A DNA stretch of 62,823 bases, counting the filler, from Octopus bimaculoides (taxonomy: Eukaryota), in assembly GCF_001194135.2 (NCBI RefSeq). It is 4 parts of 4 records of this genome, joined end to end, with 100 filler letters (N's around TTAATTAATTAA, not from the genome) between each part and the next. Parts side by side here need not be neighbours in the genome. Positions count along the whole stretch, not along the records: positions 1 to 29,599 come from NC_068995.1; 3 more parts are not named here. One strand, 5' to 3'. The notes below the pieces were generated by a model. The model had not been told where the DNA came from, did no database searches, and saw only the letters and a list, made by a program, of their open reading frames with translations. How positions within the stretch are numbered: the stretch's first letter is position 1; each line of letters begins with the position of its first letter. The position numbers and the translations under genes were made by a program. This document shows, in pieces, positions 14,358 to 26,326 of this stretch.

Positions 14358-14867
14358 CTTTTAATCACAACAAACAAAATTGGAAGGTTACAAAATGGAA
14401 ACTAGAACCAAGTTGAAAGAGAAGTAAACTCTTAAAAGTTTTCAGCAGAAGTAATAATCTTAATACATTAGGAAAACAGATTTCAATTGAAATTTTAGAG
14501 TTTGAAACAAGTTTCTGAGTTCTGACTACATCCATATTAATATATTAAAATTAAGTATGTATAGTGAATATACAAGGATTGTCACAAAGACTTATGTAAT
14601 ATAAAATTTGAGCTTCTCTGGCAACTGCAATACAGATGAATATACAGATCATGGTGGGAGTTATCACATACAATGTACATATTACTATAGTTGGCACTTA
14701 TACAAACTAGTATGTAATATTAGTCTGCATGCAAGCAACAATCTTCCTAAAATACTTATGTGTACTGGCAATAGAGAAAGTACACTACAAACCAAAATAT
14801 GAGATTCAAAATGGTAAAATGAAACAAATTTACAATAATTTGAAGACAATAAGGATAAGTGAATTAT

Positions 14868-14909
<42 letters not shown>

Positions 14910-14942
14910 AAACTGGTGTTTTCAATAATATATGTTACTCAC

Positions 14943-15029
14943 AGCAGGACCAAGAATTTTGGTTTTTACATCAAATGTTGGTGGTGCATGTTCTAGTCCA
15001 ATGAATAACTTCTCTTGAACAAATGTTAA
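14943..15029 (-). CDS. KHDC4: KHDC4 coding exon: [29 protein letters not shown] (KH2 start)
   Basis: Acceptor atatttcag, donor gtgagt, 87 nt, phase 0-0. Matches human [27 protein letters not shown]. Confidence 0.93.
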
Positions 15030-15265
15030 CTGAAATATAGTATAATTCAAGAAGTATAATAAAAAAGATAACACCACTCTAAACAAAAGTGTATTCTTTT
15101 CAATTCATTATAGTATAAAGGTGTAATTAATTAATTGTTAATAATTATTAATAATGAGGAAGGCATGAAGTCATTGGCACATGTAGTTTGGCACCAGGCA
15201 ATTTACAATACCTACAAAGAGATTCAAACTCAAAACCATTAATCTAAGAGTTCAATACTTTAGCC

Positions 15266-15494
15266 TAGTGGTTTCCAACCATTTTTGCCTATGGACTCCA
15301 TTCATTCCTATTTTATTCTACTGGACCTCCATAGCCAGTTGATTTAAAAAAAAAATCCCACTGTATTTTTATAATTAGATATTATCAGGAATTATTAAAA
15401 AATATATATTTTATGTTTTGTAGAAGTATAAGCAAGTCCTTGCACATAGATTTTAACACCAAAATCTTATATGGACCCCATTTGAGAACCACTG
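15266..15494. mobile_element. hAT-type MITE with a perfect 8-bp TSD (CTTTAGCC)
   Basis: Ends (t)agtggtttccaa and ttgagaaccactg resemble the CAGTGGTTCTCAA TIR. Identical 8-mers at 15258-15265 and 15495-15502. Confidence 0.85.
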
Positions 15495-15524
15495 CTTTAG
15501 CCTCTTTGTTATTGCACCTTTTCA

Positions 15525-15985
15525 TCATCAACATTTAGTGTTCGTTGTCCATGCTGGCATGGGTTTGATGGTTTGACCAGGGCTGGAAGGCTGCACCAGA
15601 CACCTGTCTGATTTGGCATGGTTTCTATGGTTGGATGCCTTTCCTAATGCCAACCACTCTGAGAGTGTAATGGGCTCTTTTACATGCCACCAGCTCGGGT
15701 GCCATTTGCGTGACACCAGTACCTGCCACTCGGCTTGATGGGTCTTCTTCACAAGCATGACATAATGCCAAAGGTCGTGGTCATTGCCTACGTGAGGCCC
15801 AACTCTTGAAAGGAGCTTTTCACATGCCACCAGCATCAGCCACAACTATGATTTTACATGGCTTGACAAGTCTTCTCAAGCACAGCATATTGCCAAAGGT
15901 CTTGGTCACTAGTTCGAAGATCGTGCTTCACCACCTCATCCCATGTCTTCCTGAGTCTACCTCTACCACAGATTCTCTCCACAGG
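15525..15985 (-). mobile_element. RTE-like LINE 3' end / derived SINE
   Basis: Minus-strand peptide RGRLRKTWDEVVKHDLR is typical of the RTE ORF C-terminus. The 3' tail ends in (GAT)n. Related tails at 17345-17650, 18580-18720, 20555-20835 and 29371-29600. Confidence 0.7.
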
Positions 15986-16036
15986 GAATAACAACAATAA
16001 GTAAATGATATAATAAGTTAATAACAGATTACTTAC

Positions 16037-16206
16037 ACTCTGATGATGTTGAGGCTGGAAAGACATCATTGTGGGAGGAGGTTGGTTGATTGGTGGAGGA
16101 CGTACGCCAGGGGGTAAATTTGAAGGGGGACGCACAATTGGAGAAAACCTACTACCTTTTGGTCGAAGACCATTAGCTATAATTTCATTTATACGGCTTA
16201 CTGCAT
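16037..16206 (-). CDS. KHDC4: KHDC4 coding exon: (N)AVSRINEIIANGLRPKGSRFSPIVRPP...QPQHHQS (end of KH1 plus Pro-rich linker)
   Basis: Acceptor ttctttatctag, donor gtaagt, 170 nt, phase 1-0. Matches human AVNRIKEIITNG. Contained in supplied ORF 15854..16354. Confidence 0.92.
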
Positions 16207-17895
16207 CTAGATAAAGAAGAAAGAAAAAAACTTGAAATAAAAAACAAAAATCACAAATGCACATAAACTTTATAACATAACATGTGTAAAACAGAACATC
16301 TATCTCTGTGCCCCCTCCCCACGCCATCGTTGTTTCTTCATCACTCACCCTCATTTACATTCACTGTACCACATTCCTGCAGTAACAAGGAATGTTTATG
16401 GATATGTCCATATTTAATTACTTCTGCCACCATTTTTATCACTCTTCTTTTCACCCCTACCACATCATAATACCTAGATAAGAGACTGCATCAGGTCAGT
16501 TCCAAATCAATACATCCCACCATCACCCTTCTGTACTGTTAACCATTATTTTTTCTCTTCTATGTCACTCATTATTGATGTTCATCTCTCTCACCAACAG
16601 ACATCACTGTGTCTTCTATTGCACCCTTTCATTGCCACCCTCTCACCCCAATTACACTCTTGCTTCTTACTCCTTAACCCTTCATCCATCATTATCTTCT
16701 CTTCTATTCACTCTCATCATGATGGTACCTTAAAAAATGAATGGCAACCTCATTAATGAGACTGACAAATGACTTGTTGAGAAGAATTGGGATTTGTCTA
16801 AATAATATTGACTTGAACCATGACACTGTCTAATCGAGACTAACATGGAAAGCAGACATATAATAAAATGAAAACAATGAGAAAGTTAATGGTTGTTTGC
16901 ATAAGTAAAAACCACTCAAATAAAGTTACATTTTGCATAAACTTATAAATTTTTTTAGGGCACATCCACATTGAGTTAATATTATAGAGATAAAAGTATT
17001 TCAATGAACACCAAATTCAATACTTCAAAAAATTCAAATCCATTTTGTTGTGTTTTTGATCTAAAAGCCCATTTCATCTAACTGGATCAGGCAATATTGC
17101 TTGTCATAGACAAATGTCCTCAACAAAAAAAAACCAGAAGCTATCTAATGCAGATGGCCTTTATGAGAAATACTATCAAAGCAAATGGTCTTATGAGCTC
17201 CTAATAACTTCAGGATATATTTGAATTTATTGGGAGGTGGGTTTTTTGTCCTTCATTGATTTGTAGTATTTAGTCTAACCTTTCATCCTCTGACACAAGC
17301 TCCCCTCTTCAAATGCTCTGCCCCTCTCATAATTCCTTGTTTTGTGAGGTACTTGGTTACCCTGCCAGTGTGGGTGCCACATTAAAAGCATCTAGTTCAC
17401 ACTGTAACATGGTTGGCATTTGGAAGGACATCCAGCTGTAAAAATCATGCCAAAACTAACTTCGCCTGTGCTAGTGCCATGTAAAAAGTACTGAGTCCAC
17501 TCTGAGTCCTAGGAAGGACATCCAACCATAAAATCTCAACCAAAACAGACACAGTAGCCTAGGGTAGCTTTTCTACCTGGCTGGTTCCTGTCATCCGACC
17601 TACCCATGCATAAATAGTAGATAGACATCAAACAACAATGATGATGATGACTCAAGTGAAAATGTCATTTAAAACCTTCTTGTTGTAGGACATTGACATT
17701 TCATGAAGTTTATATTTCAATATACATTAACTAAAAAAATGTACCTTCACAGAGGTTAACATACACTATTCGTACAGCTTGAATTTATAACATACAACCC
17801 AATAACAGAGTCCATTATTCATTCAGCTATTTGTCAATTTATTTTGTGTTCTTATTATCAACAACTTTAGCCCCTGTAAATATTTCCCTTCTAAG

Positions 17896-18300
17896 GGTGC
17901 AGGCATGGCTGTATAAGAAGCTTGCTTCCCAACCCCATGGTTTCAGGTTCAGGCCTACTGCATGGCACCTTCAGTGAGTGTCTTCTACTATAGCCTTGGG
18001 CTGACCAAAATCTTGTGAGTGGATTTGGTGGGCAGAAACTGAAAGAAGCCCGTCTTATACATATATATATATCTGCATTTGTGTGCATCTTTGTGTCTGT
18101 TTGTTCCCCACCACCACTTGATAACTGGGGTAAGTGTGTTTACATCTCCCATAACTTAGCAGTTCAGCAAAAGATGCTTATAGAATAAGTACTAGGCTTT
18201 AAAAAAATGTTCTGGAGTCAGTTTGTTCAACTAAAACCCTTCTAGGTGGTGCTCCAGCATGGTTGCAGTCAAATGTCTGAAACAAGTAAAAGATAAAAGA
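17896..18300 (+). mobile_element. Major tRNA-derived SINE family copy (CpG-decayed, intronic)
   Basis: Head ggctgt..taagaagcttgcttcccaacc..ggttcag, central microsatellite, tail gtgctccagcatgg..cagtcaaatg.ctgaaacaagtaaaaga shared with many other copies. Confidence 0.85.
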
Positions 18301-18399
18301 GTCTGTTATTGGTTTCCCTAATTGGACTGTGGCTATGCTGAGACTGCCCCCTCAATGTTTTATTGATAAAAGACAAAGTGAACCTATGTATTGACTTAC

Positions 18400-18461
18400 T
18401 GTCAACAGTTTCCTGAGTTGGTCCTTGAACACAAAGGTACAATGGTTTTTCTTTAGCTTGT
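18400..18461 (-). CDS. KHDC4: KHDC4 coding exon: QAKEKPLYLCVQGPTQETVD
   Basis: Acceptor ttcccttctacag, donor gtaagt, 62 nt, phase 2-1. Matches human DRPLYLHVQGQTRELVD. Confidence 0.92.
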
Positions 18462-18728
18462 CTGTAGAAGGGAAATGAAAAAAAAAATTATATAAACATT
18501 GTGGCTATAAATGGAAGAATCAGATTTTCCTATATCATGTAAACAATTATCTATCAATCTGTTAGTCTTTCTGTCTGGTTGGTGTTAGGAGGGACACCCA
18601 GCCATAAAAAAACCATGCCAAAACTGAAACAGTAGCCTGGTGTAGTCTTCTACCTGGCTGGATCCTGTCAAACCATCCAACCCATGCCAGCATGGAAGAT
18701 GGACGTTAAATGATGATGATGATCTCTC

Positions 18729-18775
<47 letters not shown>

Positions 18776-18787
18776 ATATATATATAT

Positions 18788-19361
18788 ATATAAAATTTAT
18801 ATAAGGGCATTTTTTCACGCTGACTACTTGATAAATCCTTATAAAGATTTTATCCTATATTATATTATAAATAATTAGAATATATTCAGTGCTGAATATT
18901 ATTCTGTAAAAGCACGTGTTACCGAGATGCAACTGGATAAAGCCAGCCTCTTTCACTGATATATAAGGATGAACAGAAGTCATCGTACTTTGTTGGGTAC
19001 ATCGGGGTATGTTGATTTTTGTTCATTTTTTATGTGTCTCGACCATACGTGTACTGATGGATAAAAGATGCGGCTTACTACATTGCTGCATTAATTATGA
19101 AACCAGTGGTTTGCCGTTAAGTTAAATGTTTTTAGGAGGTTAATTTTTTGAAAGTTGCATTCCCTCGCTTTCGGTAAATATGTGCTTATTTTTTGGTAGT
19201 TTTGACTTATTTAGTCCCTCTAAGCGTGAGGCATTACTATATAGTAATGCCCTTATATAAATTATATATATTTATGGAAAAAAACGATGGGTTTTTTTCC
19301 TTATGGGGTTTTTTCACGCTGACTACTTGATAAATTCTTATAAAGATTTTATCCTATATTA
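18788..19361. mobile_element. CpG-retaining MITE-like unit with short TIRs, followed by the start of a second tandem copy entering a gap
   Basis: atttatataagggcatt (about 18797) is inverted at aatgcccttatataaat (about 19246). The ttttcacgctgactacttgataaat block recurs at about 18812 and about 19312. Confidence 0.6.
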
Positions 19362-21951
19362 NNNNNNNNNNNNNNNNNNNNNNNNNNNNNNNNNNNNNNN
19401 NNNNNNNNNNNNNNNNNNNNNNNNNNNNNNNNNNNNNNNNNNNNNNNNNNNNNNNNNNNNNNNNNNNNNNNNNNNNNNNNNNNNNNNNNNNNNNNNNNNN
19501 NNNNNNNNNNNNNNNNNNNNNNNNNNNNNNNNNNNNNNNNNNNNNNNNNNNNNNNNNNNNNNNNNNNNNNNNNNNNNNNNNNNNNNNNNNNNNNNNNNNN
19601 NNNNNNNNNNNNNNNNNNNNNNNNNNNNNNNNNNNNNNNNNNNNNNNNNNNNNNNNNNNNNNNNNNNNNNNNNNNNNNNNNNNNNNNNNNNNNNNNNNNN
19701 NNNNNNNNNNNNNNNNNNNNNNNNNNNNNNNNNNNNNNNNNNNNNNNNNNNNNNNNNNNNNNNNNNNNNNNNNNNNNNNNNNNNNNNNNNNNNNNNNNNN
19801 NNNNNNNNNNNNNNNNNNNNNNNNNNNNNNNNNNNNNNNNNNNNNNNNNNNNNNNNNNNNNNNNNNNNNNNNNNNNNNNNNNNNNNNNNNNNNNNNNNNN
19901 NNNNNNNNNNNNNNNNNNNNNNNNNNNNNNNNNNNNNNNNNNNNNNNNNNNNNNNNNNNNNNNNNNNNNNNNNNNNNNNNNNNNNNNNNNNNNNNNNNNN
20001 NNNNNNNNNNNNNNNNNNNNNNNNNNNNNNNNNNNNNNNNNNNNNNNNNNNNNNNNNNNNNNNNNNNNNNNNNNNNNNNNNNNNNNNNNNNNNNNNNNNN
20101 NNNNNNNNNNNNNNNNNNNNNNNNNNNNNNNNNNNNNNNNNNNNNNNNNNNNNNNNNNNNNNNNNNNNNNNNNNNNNNNNNNNNNNNNNNNNNNNNNNNN
20201 NNNNNNNNNNNNNNNNNNNNNNNNNNNNNNNNNNNNNNNNNNNNNNNNNNNNNNNNNNNNNNNNNNNNNNNNNNNNNNNNNNNNNNNNNNNNNNNNNNNN
20301 NNNNNNNNNNNNNNNNNNNNNNNNNNNNNNNNNNNNNNNNNNNNNNNNNNNNNNNNNNNCCCACCCATGCCAGCATAGGAGGCAGACATTAAACAATGAT
20401 ACACACAGAGATACATACATTATTTTTGAAGACTAATTCATTGTTCAGTTTCTGTGCATATTCTATGTACTGTTCATGGAGTATTGGTTGCTCTTTCTGA
20501 TGAGTTGAAGTGCACTTGAGCACTACACAATAAGATCATTATTATTTTTGGTGACCCTGTCAGTGCAGGTGCCACTTAAAAGGTATTCAGCCCACACAGT
20601 GAAGTGGTTGGCATTTGGAAGGGCATCCAGCTGTAAAAACTATGCCAAAACTGACCTCACTTGTGCTGGTGCCATGTAAAATGTATTCTGCCCTCTGTGG
20701 AGTGGTTGGTGTTAGGAAGGGCATCCAGCCATAAAAAAAAAACATGTCAAAACAGGCTTCAGCTAGGCCAACTCCTGTCAAACCATCCAACCCATGCCAG
20801 TATGGAAAGGAGGACATTAAATGATGATGATGATGATACACATACATTCACATACAAAGAATCATCAGTGATGACCCAACACACTTGAGTTCCAAAGCAA
20901 AGTCAGATTAGTATAATGCAAAAACATCTATTTCCAGTTTATAGTTAATGAACCATGAATTAAACACCCAACACCCATCATGAAGGACCAGAAAGTTAAA
21001 TTAGATTTCTAACAAGAATACACTAATTCAAGGGGAGTCAATCAATTATATGAACCCCAGAAATATGAAAGGTAAAAAAACAACCATAGCAGGGTTTGAA
21101 CACAGAACGCAAAGAGACATAACTAAATATAAATTCAATGAAAATATATTTGACTGAAATATTGATACGAGCATCATATACATATTTCTTGAAAGCCATA
21201 GCTAAAGTTAAATAGAAGCAAAATGGGTTAAGAATAATACAAAATCAAAATCACATCAACAATGATGCTAAATACACAACTTTATCAGCACTCACTCAGA
21301 TTTTGAGTAGAGTAGAAAGTATCAGATCATCATTTTATAGAGAAATTAGCAACTTTGTGCAAGTGAATGCATGTATGCTATTATATCAATTATTGATATA
21401 ATGAGTGATTATTATCTTTACTGTAATGATACAGGTGGCCACAATGTCTCATATATCTCCATTACACTCTCATTTGATGAATTGGATATCTATTTGTAAT
21501 AGTACACCTGATAAGTTTTACACAAGAAAATAAGTGTTGGCTGTCATTCTCCTCTGTACCTAACTGTAGTTATTATTTGGCCTTTGCTCTTAATCAGATA
21601 ATGAAAATGTCTTCAGACAGTGCAATCATATGTAGCTTGCCTTCAAGCAAAGACAAACACCTGGAAAATTTGCAGGTTTGGTCTGGAAGAAGAGGCTTTG
21701 CAGGCCCTTCAAGATTGATGAAATCATATTGGGTTATCAGAACCATGATTCCATATTGCTGCTACCTTGGCTTATAAGTCATTGTTAAGAAAATTGAGGT
21801 TTTCTTCCTATATGCAGCTGAAAGTTAATGTGCTAGTTAATCCAGCTAGTTGTTTATTAATGGCAAAGCATAACTTTTAATACTGCCAAGATGAAGAAAT
21901 TAAAAAGTATATTGATTTGTCAAGTAGTTTTTGGAAAACTTTAGTCTAATG

Positions 21952-22203
21952 CAGTAGTTCTCAACCATTTTTTACCTACAGACTCCTTTGGTTCCTATTT
22001 TACTTGAATGGACTTTGCTAACCAGTTGATGTTTAAATAATCATGTTATATTATATTATATTATTAGGAACTGCATAAAAAAAAAATCTTAAAATACTTG
22101 ATGTATTGTAGAAGCATGAGCCTTTTGTTGCAGATAAATTTTAACAAAAAAAATTTAATATGAACCCCCCAAGGGCCATATGGACCCTGGTTGAGAATCA
22201 CTG
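21952..22203. mobile_element. Second copy of the same hAT MITE
   Basis: cagtagttctcaacc ... ggttgagaatcactg. TSD gtctaatg/gtttaatg (1 mismatch). Internal sequence similar to 15266-15494. Confidence 0.8.
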
Positions 22204-22975
22204 GTTTAATGTATGCAAGTGAACTAGGATCCATCTGAATATCATTTGTAAGGTGGAGAAAGAGAGAGAAGTGGGGGAGAGAAAGCAATTATGTCACACA
22301 TTTGTAAAGTTCTTTCAACCTAGAATAGAAAAAGTCACACTCAAACTTTAATGGACAGAAATGCAGTATCTCAGACAGATCCAGCTTCTCACACCTATCC
22401 TACAATGTTATTATAAAAATAAACAATTACATTATCAAAATCTTAAAGTTAAAAGATAATGCATGATTAATTCAAAACAAAATGAATAAATAAGCATTAC
22501 ATTTAAAACAGAGTAATCTGAATGTTAAAGAGTTAATACATTTATATTTAAAGTATCTTACTGTGTATGTGCTGTGAGGGGATTGGTATATCAAAAAATA
22601 GATCCAATGTTTCCTCTGTGTGTCTTAAAGGTGACTAAAAAATGTTAAGGTAGGATTTGCAATTTGACCTCGTAAAGCCCTCACCAGCAACAATTACCCC
22701 AAAACAGACCCTTAGGTTGGAAGGTTGTTGCCTGAGAGGTGCAAAGAAGTAATCATCCTGGTAATGCAGTGACGCACTGTTAAAGCACATGCTCCCATAC
22801 TATTCCTATCTTGCAACTTACTGACATTGTTAACTTCAACCAACTGATAAAACATAATCAATAAATAAATAAAAGTTATACAGGTCTTTGAAATGTCAAG
22901 TGATATTACTGTAGTAACATTCTAGTGTATGTGTGTGTTGAAATGACTTTTAAACAGTTTTATAGGATTACTTGC

Positions 22976-23052
22976 CCTGCAAATTTTATTTTATCTTCAG
23001 GACTCATATATCTGCCTCTTGTAGAAACAGAAGCTCCGCTCAGTTTTGATAT
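22976..23052 (-). CDS. KHDC4: KHDC4 coding exon: ISKLSGASVSTRGRYMSPEDKIKFA(G)
   Basis: Acceptor tttatatag. Matches human [23 protein letters not shown]. 77 nt, phase 0-2, using the GC donor GG|gcaagt. Confidence 0.9.
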
Positions 23053-23100
23053 CTATATAAACATAAAAAGAGATATAAGATTACATATAAATAAATATAT

Positions 23101-24436
23101 CAGGTTGGTGCAAAGGTAATGGCTGATCTTTTTAGAAAACAGTTTTAGATAGTATTTTTGAAATTGTGGTCCTTGCAATGTTTTAAGGATATCACAATGA
23201 AAAATTTTAAATAGCAACACAAGTAAATCTGAAGAGACCAACTGCACATGATGGGAGAGTAATACTTCTTCTATAGTAACTCTTCTTCAAGTTCTTCACT
23301 GCTGGCAAATAATGGGTTCTATTTAGAAACAACATCTCTTCACTGAGTTCTTGACAAAGGTGGGGCACAAGCTGTCTGACATCCACAGAAGGTTACAAGA
23401 TATTTATTGGTGATGACACCACTGACAAGAGCAATGTGCACATATAGATGGAAAAGTTTGATGAAGAGGAAAACCTGCATTGAAGATAAACCATGCAGTG
23501 GTAGACTGTCAATTGTGACCACTGACATGAATTACTAGACAATAGACAAGTTGATTCATGGAGACAGATAAGTCACAATTTGTGAGCCTGTTGTACAACT
23601 TGACTGTGATCACAATACATTCCACAAGATAGATTTTAGGTACTGGAAAGTGTGTGCAAAATGAGAATCTCAGTAATTAATATCTGATAAGAAGAAAAGA
23701 AGAGTAGAAGTCTGACTTAATCTGCTAAAAGTACTTGAAGCCAATGAAGACTTTCTTCCTCCCCCAATTTAATAACAGGGGATGAAACATGGTCATTTCT
23801 TTATGATACAGAAACAATCCAGATGGCTCAGTCCATAGAATAAGTCCTAACAAGATCAAGAGCCAGTGATTGGCACAAATAATCATGGTGACTGTGTTTT
23901 TTTTTTTTCATGACAAAGACATCAATCTTCTTTGATTTTCTGAAATATGGCTGTACCATGAACAACAAGCAGTACATTGAAACTTAGAGAAGCCGAGTCA
24001 TTAGGAGAAAGAAACCAATCAAGAATCTAAAAACAACCCACATATACCATGATAATGCATGACTGCACACATTTTTGGTAACAGATCAAACAATTGGCAA
24101 ATTAGGCTGGTGAATGGCCCTCCATCCATTGTACAGCTTGGATTTGGTACCTTCCAATTTCCACCTGTTCAGTTCATTCAAGGACAGAAATTCAATGATA
24201 CTGATGAAGTAAGAATGGCTGTGAAGAAGTGGGTACAACAGAGCACACATGAACTTTTACAAAGAGAAGTTGAAAGTTAGGATTAGTGATGGTACAACTG
24301 CATCGATTGTGATGGAGACTATATTTAGTCCCTTTGTAGAGAGGAAGAGTTACTCAACCAAGATATGCAATTTCAATGCCTTATGCCAGCAAATAATGTT
24401 CTGCCTAATTTTGCATTACTTTTGGGACAAACCCAA
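23101..24436 (+). mobile_element. Degenerate mariner element, near full length
   Basis: TIR-like ends caggttggtgcaaaggtaat and attacttttgggacaaacccaa, TA flanks. Remnant motifs ITGDETW, IMVTVF and FNDTDEVRMAVKKW. Confidence 0.85.
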
Positions 24437-24463
24437 TAATAATGATAATAATAATAATAATAA

Positions 24464-24635
24464 TACATTATTTACATTTAACGGATATGTGTCCTCATCT
24501 TGTTTGTTGTTAACACAACGTTTCGGCTGATATACCCTCCAGCTTTCATCAGGTGTCTGGAGGGTATATCAGCCAAAACATTGTCTTAACAACAAACAAG
24601 ATGAGGACACATATCCGTTAAATGTAAATAATGTA
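24464..24635. mobile_element. Penelope-like palindromic terminal-repeat remnant (about 79-bp arms, 14-nt loop) inserted in (AAT)n
   Basis: Arms 24464-24542 and 24557-24635 are reverse complements with 3 mismatches. Contains a hammerhead core. The Penelope assignment is inferred from that motif. Confidence 0.65.
24512..24557 (-). ncRNA. Minimal type I hammerhead ribozyme-like motif (probably impaired)
   Basis: Minus strand reads GACAC CUGAUGA A AGCUG GAGGGUAUAU CAGCC GAAA CG U U GUGUU: stem I GACAC/GUGUU, both core boxes, stem II GCUG/CAGC, palindromic ACGU stem III. Confidence 0.6.
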
Positions 24636-24663
24636 CATAATCCCTCATCTCTTAAATATAGAA

Positions 24664-24698
<35 letters not shown>

Positions 24699-25132
24699 CA
24701 ATAGTAATGCTACAAGATAATGTGTGATTAATTCAATACAATGTGAATAAATAAGCAATACATTTGACGAAGGAATCTAAATGTTAAAGGGTTAATTTAT
24801 CAACCCTGGAGAGAGGAAAGGCAAAGTTGACTTCAGCAGGAGTTGAACTGCTGAAATACAGCAAGACATTCCCTTGAACACACAAATGATTCTTCAATTC
24901 AATGTCAATGATAATTAACAATTATTAATAATAATAATTTCTCAGATTCACATGTAGCTATTTGAAGTAGACAGAGCATAGTTTGTGAGCGGCATTTAAG
25001 ATGAAGTGGATTTCAACATGGTATATACAAAGATGGAATTAAAAGTTCAAAAATGTCTTCTAGAAATGATTTAAAACACATGCATGCACAGAAGGGAAAC
25101 ATTCTCTAATAAGTAATAAAATATTAATGCAC

Positions 25133-25240
25133 CTCTTCTTGTGCTGTCCCTTTTGTAAGCATATTTCGACAGTGTGTGGGAACATCATTGATCACTACTG
25201 CTGCAACTATCAAATTACCAGGATGTGATACTGGTCCAAT
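25133..25240 (-). CDS. KHDC4: KHDC4/BLOM7 coding exon (KH1 start): [36 protein letters not shown]
   Basis: Manual minus-strand translation. Acceptor ttttctttcag, donor GAG|gtgcat, 108 nt, phase 0-0. Aligns by eye with human KHDC4 [29 protein letters not shown] (recalled from memory). Confidence 0.92.
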
Positions 25241-26326
25241 CTGAAAGAAAAAGTGAAACATTTAAGCATTCACGTAAGATATTTCAAATGCCATGTGCTG
25301 AATGTATACATACTGCTGCTTAAGCATCATAGCAAGCTACACAAGATCTCAACTCATCTTTCTTTAATTAGAATTTATACCTTAAACACTGCTTGTATCA
25401 CCCAATAGAATGAAACTAACAACAAACATTGAAGTTTTTTTAAAGCACATGTCAACACATTCAAACTAAAACTTGAATTAGAGTTAAAATTAATTGGGAT
25501 ACCTTATTTATATGAAAGCAGACAACCAGAAAGTTTAATAACTCTAATAGTAACTTCAGTCTCTTTTTAACTAACGATTGATCTTTTTGCTGTAGTATTT
25601 GCTCTAATTGAGCTACAGTCTTTGGATTTATTGACTAATCAGCAGTTTGTGTGTGCCCGTGTGTATATATACATAAAAAATATATATGTTAGCAACAGAG
25701 GTAGTATTAATACTGAGAGGTAATATTCATTCCCACTTGAACGTGGATGTTCTGTTTGAACAAACTTTACTGCAGCAGATACCATGAGATAACTCTCACA
25801 TAGGCTTTTGATGCAAAATGGAAGCTTGTGGGGAGATGAGTCACCACTAACTCCAGCGCTGGGACCAACAGATCATGGGATTTTGACCTTCCTTGGTCTC
25901 ACTGTTGGTGGGCGCTTGTCTGCTAGAGATAGCAACAACTCATCTCCCAACTAGTAATGTATAGAAAATCAGTGCCTGAACAGGCACTGACATTACAATT
26001 AGCCAGTGAGCTTGTTAAAAAATATAAATTAGCAACAGAGGCAGTATTAATACCAAGAGATAATATTTATTCCCAATTAAATGAGGATGTTTTGTTAGAA
26101 CAAACTTCACTGTAGTAGATATCATGAAAGAAACTCTCATATATGTTTTTGGTGTAAAATACACTCCTGTTTATATCCCTAGCAGGGAGATAAATCTCCA
26201 CCAAACATGCATTTTGCACCGAAAGCCCATATGAAGGTTTCTCCTATGGCAACTGTAACAAGCAGTACAGTTTGTTCTAATAGAACATTCACATTCAAGT
26301 GGGAATATATATGTGTGTGTGTATGT

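Noticed and set aside
21577-21777. 66-aa ORF in a KHDC4 intron
   Set aside because: No recognisable motif, antisense to the host gene, and of a length expected by chance.
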